The notes under the pieces: generated by a model
Told to the model about the DNA's origin: nothing
Databases searched by the model: none
Seen by the model: only the letters and a program-made list of their open reading frames with translations
Source: Catajapyx aquilonaris
Taxonomy: Eukaryota
Direction of reading: 5' to 3'
DNA length: 64,000 bases
NCBI GenBank assembly: GCA_000934665.2
Contig: KZ538065.1
Coordinates: 1-64,000 of the forward strand
Translations under genes and position numbers: made by a program
Shown here: positions 49,199 through 63,600 of the stretch, piece by piece
How the letters are laid out: the number at the start of each line of letters is the position of its first letter
Numbering within the stretch: position 1 is the first letter of the stretch

Positions 49199-52100
49199 TA
49201 TATTAAGCTTTCATTTTGTAGGCATACTAGAGGTTGTTGGTAGCAATATCAGCTGCAAGTATGAAATCAAGCTTTGCTGATGTCTAAAACTGTAAAGTTA
49301 AATTGTTAAATTTTAAAGGTTTAAATTCAAAATTTAATCCGAAAATGTGCTACACAAAATTTCTTCCATTTAGCATGTCAGGATGAACTCTACAGTGCAT
49401 TTCACATAAATTGCACACATATACGATTTTATTTAAATATTCAATGTTAGTTCATAATCTCAGGAGAGAGTCAAAAAATTGGGTTTAGCATTAAAATAAA
49501 ATCGATATAAAATATCGCCCACTGCTATTCTAAGATCATAGGTCTACTACATCTCCGAACAAGGAGTAAAATGATAAAAACATTTTTTTTCTTACATTCC
49601 GAGTATTGTACATCAAAGTGGAAAATCCTGAGAAATTATAGTCTAGAAAGTAATGGTGGAGTTCCAGAATCGACAGTTAAGTCTACTCTGAAAAATTACG
49701 AGCAAAATAATAAACACTACAATATAAAAGAGCCAGAATTAGCAGGTATTAATGTATAATTATGCTTGATATTTGAAGAAATAATAAAATTGATCAGGAT
49801 AACTCTTCGTAAGTGCAATTGTTATTCGGAAAATTCGAGAGACTCTGTCCTCGATACACTGTCGCCTAATGGTTATCAAAAATGCAAAGAATGACGCATT
49901 TCATTGCAGTTCACATTGAAGACATGTGCAGCTACGAAATCAGGTGAATGACTTTGCGTGACGTCAAGCGTCTTTAAATAGAATGCAACACTCAACATGA
50001 ACTCACGCAGAACAGGTCTAAGGCCATATTTATGAGTGTATGGTATAAGTGGTTTAAAAAGTGATACAAAAACGACCATTAAATAAAAATGTCAGGTTGT
50101 GCAAGGTCATGGATGCTGCAGTAACAAAACATTGCTATGGGTGTCAAAGCTACTTTCTTTTCAGTTTTAAATAAAGTGAGGTTTGTTCATTAGAGTATAA
50201 TTATAGCATCTGCCTACGCAGCTAATGGATATAATAAGTAGTTGAACATAAAGGGTACAGCTTATTGCACATAACCAAACAAAAACGATCCCTTCCTTCT
50301 GCTATTACTAAACAACTGTTATAAGCTTCAAGACAAGAAAGATCTCCCTTCCCACACTTCATTACTCCCTGCTTTCCCATCGTCAGTTAGAATCATGGCA
50401 AGTAAGAAATTATGTAATCCGTTAAAATGATCGGCATTAAACCGTATTAAACGGATATAAATAATCGTTCCATTTGTAGACCAGGTCACCCCCACATTGC
50501 CATTGGTCCTATTTACCTTTTCTTACACAGTCTCATGAAGTACTGTAATATGCTGTGCATCACAATGCAGATGTTCCAGAAGGTTGTCTAGATAGAAAAG
50601 TTATGGATTGTTTACATAGATAACCAACGAAGGGATGTGGTAATTACTGCTTCTCTTCTAACTGGTTTCTTTCTCTGCCCAACTATTATCAGTACATCCC
50701 CATGTAGCTTATTCTGCGCAGTTCAGCCAAAATCTGAGTCACACCAAAACCTGCTCACACATCAGAAAAACAAGGGCAATTCTACAAGGTGTACAAGACA
50801 ACAAATCAGGAAAAGAATCTCAGGTCTAAACGTAATCCAAGAGAAAACTGGTACCCCTGCATGTGTATACCTCTGTATACATGTACGATGTATGTAGGTC
50901 GACACTATTTCCTGTAAGCAATTTGATCCCAGCTGGATGCTAGACCAATGTGAGCAACGTGTGGCGGGCATGCACGTGCTGTTGGTTGGTTGGGAACTTG
51001 CCCCGAAGATGACAGGAATGAGGACGAGTTCTGGTTACCAGCAACCCAGTCAGTACACCAGGGTTGCTTGCTCGTGCCTGAACATTGGGAAGTGGTTTCC
51101 GGGTGAAGAGGGACACCACTTGTTGTGTCTGGACTTGGTTGCTGGTAATATATTGTAGCAGCTCTGCAGGAGAGGAGTGGACCATAATGATCTGCAATGG
51201 TCCGGATCTTGACCATAAATAAGAACTCTAAAAAAATGATAAGCTGGGGTAAGTTCACTCCCAGTCAACCTTCAGTCTCATTTACAAAGTTTGATTTTAA
51301 AATACCGGTATAATTACAATGTTTTTTGCTTTGTGCGATGGGAACGTTTGGAGTTATGCAGGTAAATGCTATACAAAATGATATGAGCACATGGTATAAT
51401 GAGTGGGGAAATATTTTGATGAGTTGTTTGTTTGTTTTTGATCATAAATATGGAAAACAAATGTCAGTGTGGCATGCAGTTTACACAACATGCTTCAGAG
51501 AAATACTCAAATTACCTATATATTTTTCCTATTATAATATTATTTTGAAACCGGTCGTTTAGATGCTGCAGTTGATACAGCCTACAGGGAGAATTTTTTG
51601 CTCTAGAATATTGCAATTGAAGATTACAGAGATCGGTGCGATTACGTATATCTGTTTTTCGTCATGATAAATTAACAGCTTCCTGGTAAGGAGCCCAATC
51701 ACTGTGGTGCAAGATCGCCTTAATATTTTTCACGTACAGTATTATAATATTGCTGGTCATACTGCAAACAGCACGAATATGGGTCAGTCATTTATTGTAT
51801 TTAATATTAGTGATTCTAATAACTCTGCCTAACTTTTAGTCGCACAGTTACACTGACATCAAGTCACGGAAGGAATGTGAAGTCACTTTTCAGCTTCAAC
51901 AATTCATTTGAAATATTATCATTTAATTACGAAGTTACAATAATTACAACTATAAAATTAGTTTCAAATATTGAGAGTGACTTTTGTAATTGTAGCAGTT
52001 TCATTACGGTCACTTCACATTACACTGGGAGGCATACGCTGAATGTTGTCATGAAAGCGCAGAAATCACCCCTGTGCAAAGTTTAATGACTTTGATGTAC

Positions 52101-54379
52101 TGCTCTTGCGTGATTAACAGCTTTCGACTAAGACCTTGGAAGTTCCTCAGGGGCAGAAGTAGTACCACGAAGGCACACCTGCAAGCCTTGGACTTGCCCC
52201 TTTGAGTAATGTTACTTTGTAGTTCGGTAACTTCTGATCTACTGGAAGAGCTTATAGAAACTGGATTGTTATCGGGAAATAAAATCGCGTAATTAGTAAT
52301 GATAGCTTCCGGTCATGAAAACTTCCTTTTGCTACGAGTGTTGCAAGAGAAGTCATGGTCATTTTCACATTTCAACACATGAAGTCTATAAACTTTAAGG
52401 TTTGTAATTCTATCTGGACTTAATCTGGTCGCAGCAGAAATATACCGGTATGTTGGGAAACAGAGATGAAACGACCCTATAGTATGCAATTAAGAAAAGC
52501 CTATTCAAAATAGTGTTCTCCGACGTTAATCGTACCTAATTAGAGGTACTCGAACACTTCGTACCGCAGTTTACAGCGGCAATTAAGTAGCAAGTTGGCT
52601 TTTCCAGTATAGTTGTAGCTCCGTATGTTGCTTGGGATTATGAAATAAAATATTCTGCAGGTAAATGTGAGTCTGCACTTCCAACACGTGAAAGTAATTA
52701 TTACTCCAGAATTATGTAGGCCTATATAGAACTTCCTACTACACTACACTCATCGGGTATAATAATGCCAGGAAGGAACCAACAGTTTGGTATAGCGAAC
52801 GATTGATCTTGCAGCACTTATTGATGAGGTTATGAAAGAGGGTGTGCCAGCAGAGAAATGTAAATTATTAGCATGCATGTGATTGGTGCAGAAATTTTTT
52901 GAATGTCGCAAAAATATTACCTTGAGATAGAAAATTCCAAATAAAATCTCAGTTATAATTAATAACAACTTTTAGTAGCATGCAACTTGAATTCTGAGAG
53001 ATTTGCATGTTGTCGGGGCAGAGTGATGACGCACAACCACTCCATAAGTAGTTGCTGAGTTATTAAAGAAATGTTTGTTCAGTAGGGGAATCCCACTCTG
53101 GATGAAATGCGAAAGAATTAATGAGTGAAGTAATCCTTCATTTATCATAATTACTAATTCTATGAATATAGCAGTGAGCTATGATTAGTATGTCAGCAGG
53201 GTGTGGTATGGGTCACAATGTTGCTGACATAGGGCGCTTACCTTTGCTGTTAGGCTAATTAGGCACCGTACGCTTGCTTCGAAAATACAGTAATTATGAT
53301 GTCCTGCATTCCCAATATAAAGTCATTTGAAGAAAAACCTAACAATATAGAACAAGGGTTTCCTTTAATTAAGCCTTTTATCTGCATGCGACCTACTATT
53401 GTTAGTACTCTTCCCATTGTACTTCACATAAGTACCGCATAAGTTAACACATTTCCTTCTTAACCTCATGATTATACAGGCTTAAATTGATTAATTTGTA
53501 ATTAATTAAATACGACAAGAAGTACTCTTTCTGCACGAGACAATTATGACCTCTATACACGTATGGAAATCACTCTCGCCACATTCACACCAGGTGGTTC
53601 GATTACATTGAATAACTGATGATTTAATATCATGTAAGTTAATATTATTTAAGTCAGAGTTCCAAATCAAGCATCATGTTCCATCGGGCAAGTGGAAAAT
53701 AGTAAATAAGAATCGTTTTATAACAGTTATTGCGTAATATCAGCCTACAATCATTATGTGCGGTCTATTATCCCTGTGGAAAAGGTAAAAAGTGGGTTTT
53801 CGAATGACGTTATCAAAACTGGTTTTTCTGTCACCCGAACTTCACCTACATCGGGGTTGTTAAAATGTTGTCATCCACGTGAATGCTCTACAACTATCAT
53901 CTTCCAATTCAGTTTTCCGTCATAATTATTATGAAACATTTTTTTTGCACTCAGATATTTTACCGTTAATCAGTTACTTTGTAACAGACACTCTTTAGCC
54001 CAGTGATTAAATAGATTCCCACGGCAAATAATTTCTAATCTTTTTATGTACCCTCATCACGAACTGGACATTGAGGACAATGCATAATATACTCGTTCCT
54101 AAATTGACATGAATACTTCGGGAGCAGCTTTGTCCCACGGACCATGAATTTTCCAAAAAATGGTGTTCATTTGTGCTTAATTGCACGTCCTCGATTGGAT
54201 AGTTTAGAATTTTAGATCGTGCTTTCATGTTGCAGTTATAGAACCAGTCGCCTGTACTGGTTTCAAAAGTTCGATGCCCTGCTTTGCCACAGACCCATCG
54301 TCGAACAAATCGTATCCCGTAGCCAGAATGGGGCGGAACAATAATAACTTAATTATTTAAAATGAACTGCTCTTTAATT

Positions 54380-54532
<153 letters not shown>

Positions 54533-55053
54533 GAAACGAGAACACATTTTATATTAGAAAAATTACGTAAGCATTACCCAACGTAGCAGTTAAACTTCAA
54601 TAAATTCGCCTATAAACTTGTCAAAAGCAGTACGTCAATATGCTGTAATGAACACTGGCAATTACATACAGTGCATCTAGTGCGTGACGATAAATATGCG
54701 CCGCATGTGCAGTTAAACGCCTGCCCATGTATTTGCACTGACTTTTCCTTTCAGTTACATGTGACATTCTCCGCTCGTCACATTAACATTCCGCAGCGTA
54801 GCGCATCGCGACGACAAATGAGTGCAAAGAATATAGTAATTTTGAAGGCAGCACCGGTGTAACGGGGCACACAACGCTCCGCGTGGGAAAAGCGTGGTGT
54901 GCGTCATAAGCGATTCAAAATGAGCGTCCAGCAAACACACACCTTCAAGTAGTCAGGAGAAACCCATTTCCAGCATTCATTAGGCTGGGAAAGTTGTAGA
55001 CCTTCGCGTTGCAAGATACACCAATTTTTTTCCTTTTTTTTCCTTCCTTTTTT

Positions 55054-55142
55054 TATATTGTTGTTTAGGCCGTCAGGTGGCACTCTCACTGCTGGTACTC
55101 GTTTGTGGGACGGACTTGAATGAAGGTAGTCGCGTACGGACA
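55054..55142 (+). promoter_or_regulatory. Candidate promoter and 5' non-coding exon for elongase D
   Basis: TATATT at 55054, TCACT at 55086, donor gtgagt at 55143; acceptor at 55723 before D coding exon 1. Confidence 0.35.
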
Positions 55143-55786
55143 GTGAGTAGTGGAACGTGGTGTCCAGGATTTCCAACTAGTTGGGCCAGCTGTTTCTCTA
55201 AGCGGATCACTCACAGGTGGCCATTGTGTAAGTTTCATTGCTTCAGTGATTTACGTTCAATTCGTTTTGATAGTGGCGAACCGAAGCAGTCACCAAGGTC
55301 CGGTGCATTCCACGTGGGTAAATCTGGAGATGGGCTGTTTAAACCAGTAGACTTGTACAAAAAAAGTGGCAGACACATGATGCATTCAGTGAGCCGGAAG
55401 AACGTGCAATGCTTTACAACACTGCAATGGTTGTACAGTATTACTAGCAATTAGGGTGGTCATGTCACTGAGCTTTAGTGTTGCTCTATCAGAGTTGTAC
55501 TACTTATGGAACAGTTTGGTGTAAAATTATCTTCATACTTATGAATCTATGTTTGGATCGAAGTTATAGAAAAAAGTGAGCATCCTTGACGAAACATCAC
55601 GTAGAAAAATGAGGGAATGGTTTTTGCGCCTGTTACAATAATTGGAGTAACATTCAGTGTAATATAAAGGTGTACACGTGTATTATGTAAGACTAAAGTA
55701 TTATGCTGGTTTTTGCCCTGCAGTAAAAGCGGCTGGGCTTGCCAGAAGGCGGAATCAGAAGATACTAGGAAATTGAAACCCTAAAC

Positions 55787-55844
55787 ATGGATTATCACTC
55801 GCACCACCACAGCCATTTAAATTTCACTGCCCTAATGAATGCAG
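55787..55844 (+). CDS. Elongase D exon 1 (MDYHSHHHSHLNFTALMNA)
   Basis: Acceptor ctgcag ends 55723, AAAC-ATG-G, phase-1 donor CAG|gtgggt. Confidence 0.82.
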
Positions 55845-58800
55845 GTGGGTAGAAACTGTTTTCCTTTCCGCTCCGCACGAGATGAATTTTCTAATCAAAA
55901 TGTCATGTTCCCTGCAGACGAACGCTCATTAGAATGGCCCATGATCAAAAGTCCGGGAAAGCTGCTGATGTTCATTTTGTTTTACGTGTATTTTTGCAAA
56001 AAGCTGGGCCCGAGCATGATGGAAGGGAGGAAACCCTTTGACCTCAGAGGGATTCTAATAATTTACAACATTTACCAGATAGCAATGAACGCCGTCATTT
56101 TTGCATGGGTAAGTCAACTGGCGAATGTGAAAGCACATTATGAAGTGTGAAGTGACGTAACTTTAATAATATTGCAGACTCTGGCCATCATGTATGCTGT
56201 AAATTTCAATTTTATGTGCCAGCCTGTGAAACAGTATGATGGATCCATTGAAAGCGTGGTGAGTATTACACTAAGCTAGGCACCTTATCTACATACTGGT
56301 GTAGTGTGCATGTTTTTGTTGTTGCTATTAGCACTGTCAAGGGAATATCATTGAACAACATTGAGCTTGGTCACTTCCAAAAGAGTATGATTTCATCATT
56401 GTGACCCTGATGGTGCCTTTTTTCTCCATATCTTGCTGGTATATCTATGATTATTATAGCTGATTGACATTCACATTTGAGCCAAGGCTGGATTGAGTTT
56501 CATGTGGCATGTCCCACTTCATTTTGGAGGTAATGATCTTTGCTTGTCGAAGCCACTGTTGGATGAACAAAAAATGACCATGCAGTGTAAGGAATGACTT
56601 TACGCAGATTTAGAACACAATAAATGTAAGGATCTGAAAAAGGTCCAGTCACCAGTACCAAAAACTACTCCTTCCAATTAACAGCATGTGTTTTTAAGTT
56701 TCTCAGTAATGGGAAGAATATATTGTAAACCATTTTCTTTCATTTTAACTTTCTCTGTTCATTTGCACAAGTGTTACTTAACCGTCCTTCTTCCTTCGCA
56801 TTCCCTGAATCTCAATGAATTGAAAACTACGTACAATAATATATTAGTTTACTTTTTGCACCAGTAGACTTTATCATGCCAGACTCAGTTGACTCAAATT
56901 ATACACTAGCCTTTATTGCCTGTGGACTGCCATAAAAATGTGCCGACGTAATAAACGCTAGGTTTTGCAATGTAACATTGAAGTGGATTTGAGGAAAAAC
57001 CTAACGTCATTAACGTAGCAAGAATTAGCAACGTTCATAACTTTACTAAAATATCTAAATAACATCTTTACAGTCCAATGTGAATTTATATCATTAAAAT
57101 CTCCAGTCATAGCCCATGGACCTACTTTTATTACGATTACGATTGCTTTGAACGATTGCAGCAGGTTATTTCAATGTGATCTAATCAGAAATTTTATAAA
57201 ATTAGGTAACTGTAAACAAGATTTATTATTAAATAAAGACTGAAATTTTCATAACACTGTCTCTCAGGCCAAGCACATCTGCAATTGACTTATCACCGCC
57301 AAGTAAAAATGATTATGTCACGTTATGAATACTAGTACTTGACAGGGAGAATCACAAAATTTACTGATATATCGAAAGTATGTACATATTGATGTATTTC
57401 ACATTTGGTTGCATGGGCATACAATATTGTCATTAATCTGCATGTGTCATTACTGTGCTGTTTTAATTTTAGTTGCCATTTATAGCCTGTGTGTTTACAT
57501 ATTCCATTTTTGATAACATTATACAAATAAAATCCCAATAAAGTAAGCATATTTAAAACATTACCAATGTGGTTATTAGTTCAAGATAGAATTAAGGTAA
57601 AAATCGCAGATTTTAAAATATAACATTCGAATGCAATGATAATATGCGAATAAATTCTATTCCGGTGTACTGCATGACCTTTAGAAGTACTTATTACGTC
57701 GTAAAAGGACAATCGCAAATTGTTCTCATCGCTTTGTCACTTGCATAATGCCACTTGAAAAACAGCCTGCTTCAATGTCAAAAAAATGACAGAATTCCCC
57801 CCCCCCCCCTTTTACGGAAATATCATAAGTCTAATATTTACCAATCGGTTTTCACTCAGTTAACATTCACTGAATGAATCTTATTGTAATTGAATAGTAT
57901 GTTCCTAAAATATAATTATGATTAGATCCTTGCAGACAATAATTGGAAACCGATTGTTGAACGTGGCTTGTCATAATATTATACAATGTAAAATGTTTTA
58001 ATGTGCAATTGTTTAATAATGCAGTATTTAAAATGCCCGGACTCCACTTCACCTAGTGTGTTGACCTTTAATCTACCGAGTGATTCTTCGGAGCGATAAA
58101 ACATACATCGCAATGGGTCACAAACAATGGTGCAATTAAGATTTCATTAGCAAAGGTAATTGCTTGGTAACTTCTGTACAAACGTTCCCACCTCCTCACG
58201 TCGACCGAAGTTAATTTGTGCAGAATGTCACAATATTATGAATTTATTCATTACGCAGCACGTGCTATATTCTCGCTGTATTTTTAATGTCCTTAATATT
58301 TAGATCCGCTTGAAATTCTAATTGAAGCTCAGTGGACATTTCTTACACACGAGCATAATTATGGGCCCACATACAATGTCAGTGGTGATATCTCATGCGC
58401 AGTTTATCTTGATCTTAAGGAGGGAGGAAATTACAAATTACATTAAAATAATTACGTAGCCTTACAAAATTTACTTTTTCGGGAAGTTTTCTTCTTATTC
58501 GACAACAATCTTATGCAAAGATGCGATGATTCAAAGCCACCCCCAGCATGATTATGTGTTACTAGTAAGAGCTGTATCACATGTTCCACTTAGTCAATCC
58601 TTTCACTCTATTATGTAGGCTATGTAATAAGTGGTGGAGCGATACCGCGTTTCGGAACCTGCTACCATGTTATGTACGCCCCATTTTTAATTGTAAAGAA
58701 ATGCAGACCACAGTGGACAATCAACCGATCCTTCTTTTGTCTCTCCCTCGCGATGTAAAGCAAGTTTTTTTTGCCAAATGTCCGAGAATGAAAAGCGGTT

Positions 58801-59838
58801 GGGTTACGCAAACACCTCAATTGTATGGCAAAATAATAATCCTGTCCTAACAAAAGAAGAGTTATGAATGTCTCATTAAGTTTTTTTTAATTGAATTCGA
58901 CATTTTTTTCCATAGATATTTCTCACTGCCTACTTCTACCTCATCAGCAGATTTGTTGATATCTTGGATACGGTAAGTCTTATTACAATTCATCTCGTAT
59001 CTGCTTTTCATCCCACACAAAAATGACAATCCCCCGTTCCGTTCCAGGTATTCTTTGTACTGACAAAGAAATATTCGCACATATCTGGCCTGCACCTGTT
59101 TCATCACTCCTTTATGCCCATGGGAAACTGGCTTGGATTTACACTCGCGCCAGGTGAGACAAGCAAAAACCTCTATTATAAAACTCGGTCATTTGGTCAC
59201 ATGTGAGTGATCCGTGACATGTCTTGTTCTGCAGATGGACACGGGGCGTTTTATGCCGTGGCGAATTCCTTTGTGCACATTGTAATGTACACCTATTACT
59301 TAGTGGCCGCCATGGGACCTGAGTTTAAGAAATACCTCTGGTGGAAAAAGTACCTTACCCTCTTGCAAATTGTGAGTCCACTCCGCAAATTAACTCATTT
59401 ATGGAGGGGGGAAGTAAGACAATTATACGTTACAATGGAGTTTTCACTTTCCTTCAGGCTCAGTTCTTCCTGGTTTGCATCCACGAGGCCATACCGCTCT
59501 TCTTTATCGAATGCAACTATCCAAAAATTCTGAGCTGGTTATGCTTCCTAATGGGATTGGTCTTCACAGTGCTTTTCAGCCAGTTTTATTACTACACATA
59601 CATTGTGGGTCCACGAAAAGTAATGGTCAGTACCCGCTTCCAAACTCGATTTAATCCAAAATATTAAACACTCACTAATTTTATTTGGTAAAAATTTCAG
59701 CATCGGCGAGAGATTGCTGATGGAGTTATAAACGGCTACAGTAAGGCCAGCACCAAGAAAGACCTGGAGCAAACATGGGGAGAAACGACGTCTCAGTTGC
59801 TGAATCGCAATAGGCAGCTCATCAAGTGCCCGCAGTGA
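55787..59838 (+). CDS. Elongase D: divergent ELOVL-family elongase, 8 coding exons, about 311 aa
   Basis: join(55787..55844,55918..56108,56178..56258,58916..58972,59048..59153,59235..59371,59458..59625,59701..59838) = 936 nt, GT-AG, continuous frame. Motifs SRFVDILDT, LHLFHH, NSFVHIVMYTYY, KYLWWKK, TLLQIAQF. Confidence 0.94.
55918..56108 (+). CDS. Elongase D exon 2 (DERSLEWPMIKSPG...YNIYQIAMNAVIFAW)
   Basis: ctgcag/gtaagt, 191 nt. Confidence 0.95.
56178..56258 (+). CDS. Elongase D exon 3 (TLAIMYAVNFNFMCQPVKQYDGSIESV)
   Basis: ttgcag/gtgagt, 81 nt, CQPV motif. Confidence 0.93.
58916..58972 (+). CDS. Elongase D exon 4 (IFLTAYFYLISRFVDILDT)
   Basis: catag/gtaagt, 57 nt. Confidence 0.94.
59048..59153 (+). 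CDS. Elongase D exon 5 (VFFVLTKKYSHISGLHLFHHSFMPMGNWLGFTLAP)
   Basis: ttccag/gtgaga, 106 nt, HxxHH. Confidence 0.95.
59235..59371 (+). CDS. Elongase D exon 6 (DGHGAFYAVANSFVHIVMYTYY...KYLWWKKYLTLLQI)
   Basis: ctgcag/gtgagt, 137 nt. Confidence 0.95.
59458..59625 (+). CDS. Elongase D exon 7 (AQFFLVCIHEAIPLFFIECNYP...FSQFYYYTYIVGPRKVM)
   Basis: ttcag acceptor; donor ATG|gtcagt preferred, an in-frame donor 6 nt upstream (AAA|gtaatg) is possible. Confidence 0.9.
59701..59838 (+). CDS. Elongase D exon 8 (HRREIADGVINGYSK...NRQLIKCPQ*)
   Basis: tttcag acceptor, phase 0, TGA 59836-59838. Confidence 0.82.
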   Translation, partial: HRREIADGVINGYSKASTKKDLEQTWGETTSQLLNRNRQLIKCPQ

Positions 59839-60645
59839 AATTTTCATTTTTTTTTGGACGGTTTCGTCAGATTTGCAGGGATACCCCTGACCAAGTTGCC
59901 ATTGAACGCTTGTAGTGTTTGGCGTAGGAGAGCGCGTGTGAATGTGTTTTAATATGTCCTTGACAAAAAAAGCACGTTTTTAGTAAGAAAGGGAGAGAAA
60001 AAAAATTCATACAAAGCTATGGGGGGCGATGCTTATATCACTGAGAAGTCAACGAGATTCTCACCCTTCCTCTTTCGAAATCCGAGATAAAATAACAAAA
60101 AACGCACGAAAACTGTAGTCCCGAGGAGAGAGGAAATGCGCAAAACTTTCCTTTTCCCCCCCGGAATGTTTAGAAAGAAGCGGATTGTAGTATTGCGGAA
60201 AAAAAGGGAATTGCGAGGTGTGCTCCACCCCTTCTTTCGAGCAAAGAATCACGGAGGACTTCTCAGAAGGAAAGACACGAGGATATGCGTCACTCACATC
60301 AGCCCCATCCCATTCATGCGAGCAGGTCACACAAATCCTCGTTTCTTTTTTCAAGTAAAGTTGACCTACCTCGCTGTGAGTTGCAGACTGATGACCTTCG
60401 ATATTTGGCTATAGAGGCGGGCACTTCAAGAAAGCGGTTCTACACGAATCAGGTCAATCATTCAACTTGGGTATGATCATGTACAATATAGTGTGCGAGT
60501 GGATGTGTGACGAAAGATAAAGAAAAAAATACCCAATATACCAATTTTTCAAGCCATATTCACCTTAATATGTTGCGTGTAATCATTATAAATACCACAC
60601 TTAATTTTTTGGATTATTGCTTTTTTGTGGATAATTATGATCTGT

Positions 60646-60651
60646 AATAAA
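60646..60651 (+). terminator. Candidate poly(A) signal of elongase D
   Basis: AATAAA with downstream T/GT-rich tttttcttgtg. Confidence 0.45.
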
Positions 60652-63600
60652 GCTGTGGATTTAAACTGGTAACAAGATTTTTCTTGTGACGTTACACAGC
60701 TTCCTTTTCATGGAAGAAGAGTTCGTACAATTTTTTAACGTCTTATCCTGTACAGAAAAATGTGTCAAGTTGAAGCAGGACAGCGTGAACATAAATGTTC
60801 ATTCCAGTTAGTCACATTGCACAGTATAGGATGATGGTGTCATAATAAAAGTGAATGTTTTAGTAAGTCTGGGGTCAAATAAGCTAGAGACACTGTGTAG
60901 GCTACATTTGAATAATTCTTCACGTGTCACGTGACACGTCTGTGTCATGATCAAACGTGTGAACACTCTGAACAAGTACACTGTCTGAACTTGAAACAAA
61001 TTGCAAAAGACACCGAGTATTTTGTTTGCTGAAACATGTCACGAAAGCACGTATGATTATAAGTAGTATTTGCAGCTTTTCTCTTGCGGATAAACCAGCT
61101 ATGGCCCGCCTAAAGTGTAGCAATAATATTGTTGAGGCATCGACGAACATGGTTGATAATACATCCGCTATGAAAGATGCAGAGATTACTGTATGGGTAA
61201 AGGCATTAGACGCGCAATATTCGTGAGAAAATTAATATGACCTTAAGCTCTCAGAGCGGAACTTTAGTTATCACTTAGATGTACTGTATATGAATATCCT
61301 GCATGACAATTGCACAATAGCCTCATGCACATGTGAAGCAAAATGTCTAAAAACCAGCAATAAATCTATTACATAAGACTAGTAGAACCAAAATAAACTC
61401 GCTGAAATATTGTTTTGAGTAGAATCGCCCTGGTAATATGTCGTAATCTAATGTGTTCTACTTTTCCAGCGTGCTGTGAAATTTTATGATAATATAACTG
61501 ACAGGATAATACTGTACTGCAGCTCGTACTGTGCGAAAAGCAGACACCCCCCAACCCCACCTTCTCTGAATGTGACCTGATGTGACCCATCATCAGGATA
61601 ACAGACAGAGGGCTATAAGAAGTTCGTCAAGAAGAAGAGCTCTCATGCCTTGCTTATGCAATTATTATTTCCAAGGTACCTTGTGTCAAATATACATAAA
61701 TACGTGACATATCAACTCATTGTCTTGACGAGATTCTTATCGCACTCAGTTATCGCTGTGGATGATCCGGAGAAGGTGGGATTCAAATAAGGCAGTAGGT
61801 GGGACATGCCAGAAGATTTGCTTACTCTTCCCCGCAATGATGTATTGCTACGAAACTCTTGTTCCATTACTCTTGACCAATTAACTGATTATAGTGATTG
61901 GACCATGCAGAAAAAGAGAAATCATACTATCCTCGCTTTACGCAATTGAACGACTAATTGATATTACTGTATTTTGAATTAGTGGTTTGATTACCACATA
62001 AAAATTGCACAATATCTACAACCTGCGATAACCATCACTGAATGTGCACGTACTAATAATAACTGCTATTATATGAAAAAAGGATCGTGGTTAGTCTCCG
62101 TGACTGAAAAAGCTAACAACGAGCAGCATCCTGTTTAACTAAACAATATGCTACGTATAGATGATTCGCACTATATCATTACTTAAATTATGAGTTGGCT
62201 TCTCAGCACCGATGTGTTATTTTAGGATCACCTTCACGTTTTTTTCAGGCGCCCGGAGATTGTCTTTTTTCTCGTTATAAGGAGGTTCACTTGAGAAAAA
62301 ATGATAACACAGCCAGGCATGCATGCACGTCAAACGGCCCTAAAGAAGAGTATTTTAACATGTAAAGAGAGATTTCACAAATAGCGTGAGAATCTTGCGA
62401 TATCAAAAAACCACGTTTGTCCAATTCGTGGGAATATTAGATTGCAACATTGCTGATAAGACAAATTACTGCAAGCATATAAATGCAAATAACTTATTGG
62501 ATAAATAACTACGCTTTGGAAAGTTCCACGTAGTACTCTAGTCATTAAAGGGTAGTCCATACTGATCAATAATGCAACAATAAATGACTGGAAAAATAGC
62601 ACAAATATAGGATAGAACAAAGGCATGATGATCATCAGAGTGCAATGAGCTTTATCAGCATGCTGTCAACCTTCAATCTTGAAAATGCAACTCTACGTGC
62701 CAGGAAGAAATCATGGTAAGCTTATTCTATCTTAACATGCGTAGATCTTGTAAATGATTGACTCCAGCCTCCAGCGAAACAAGAAAACCATCATGACCAT
62801 GAGATCACATGTGATCATGAAAAAATCATCATGATCTGTCCCTCTAAAATAGTAGCCTGAGACGAAGTCAAATATAGGGCCTATTACAAATCCTCGGTAA
62901 CAAATTTGCCAGACAAATACATACAACATTCAATGATGACATACCCTAACTCATAAAGAAATAGCGGTGTAAACCATTACCAAAAAAATTGGACAGCCTT
63001 CAGCTCTTGGCTCCAGCAGTAACCAGTTTAAAGACAGTCATCGACGAAGAGAAGAATAAATGCGACACTGAATGTTGCGATATAAGCAACAATAGTAGCC
63101 TAATATTTGGTGCTGGAGTGCAATGCCTATACTTTCTCTCTCTTGGACTGTTGATTAGGAGTGAATCCCTATAATTTTCTTAGATACGCTAAATGACAAA
63201 CCTTGCTAGCAATATTAACGAATATTTTGGCCACGGCTTAAATACAGTACTTTCGCTAAAGTAAGACGAGTGATGCATATTGATTGGTGACATTTTGCAG
63301 CTGTAATTCGGACGGCATATGAAAGCCTTCTCAAAACGATGATGTTACTGCATCATGGTCATTGTTTAAGAAATTCAGTGCACACAGTACCACAATAAAT
63401 GCTGCGGCTATTATAAACGGAGTAGCAAATAAGCTGAGCTGACTTGAAAGAAAAAAAGGATAACTTGTGCTCATGTCATACAGGTTTTCGTCAAACGCCA
63501 TTGATGCACGTGAGAATAACACCGCATGTATTTATGACATCAGAAATTGAAAATACGCCAGACAATAGCCATCACTGAAAGCTGGGAGTATAGCTTTGTA

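Noticed and set aside
50905..51268. GC-rich patch with overlapping ORFs
   Set aside because: No motif or boundaries identifiable; probably repeat debris.
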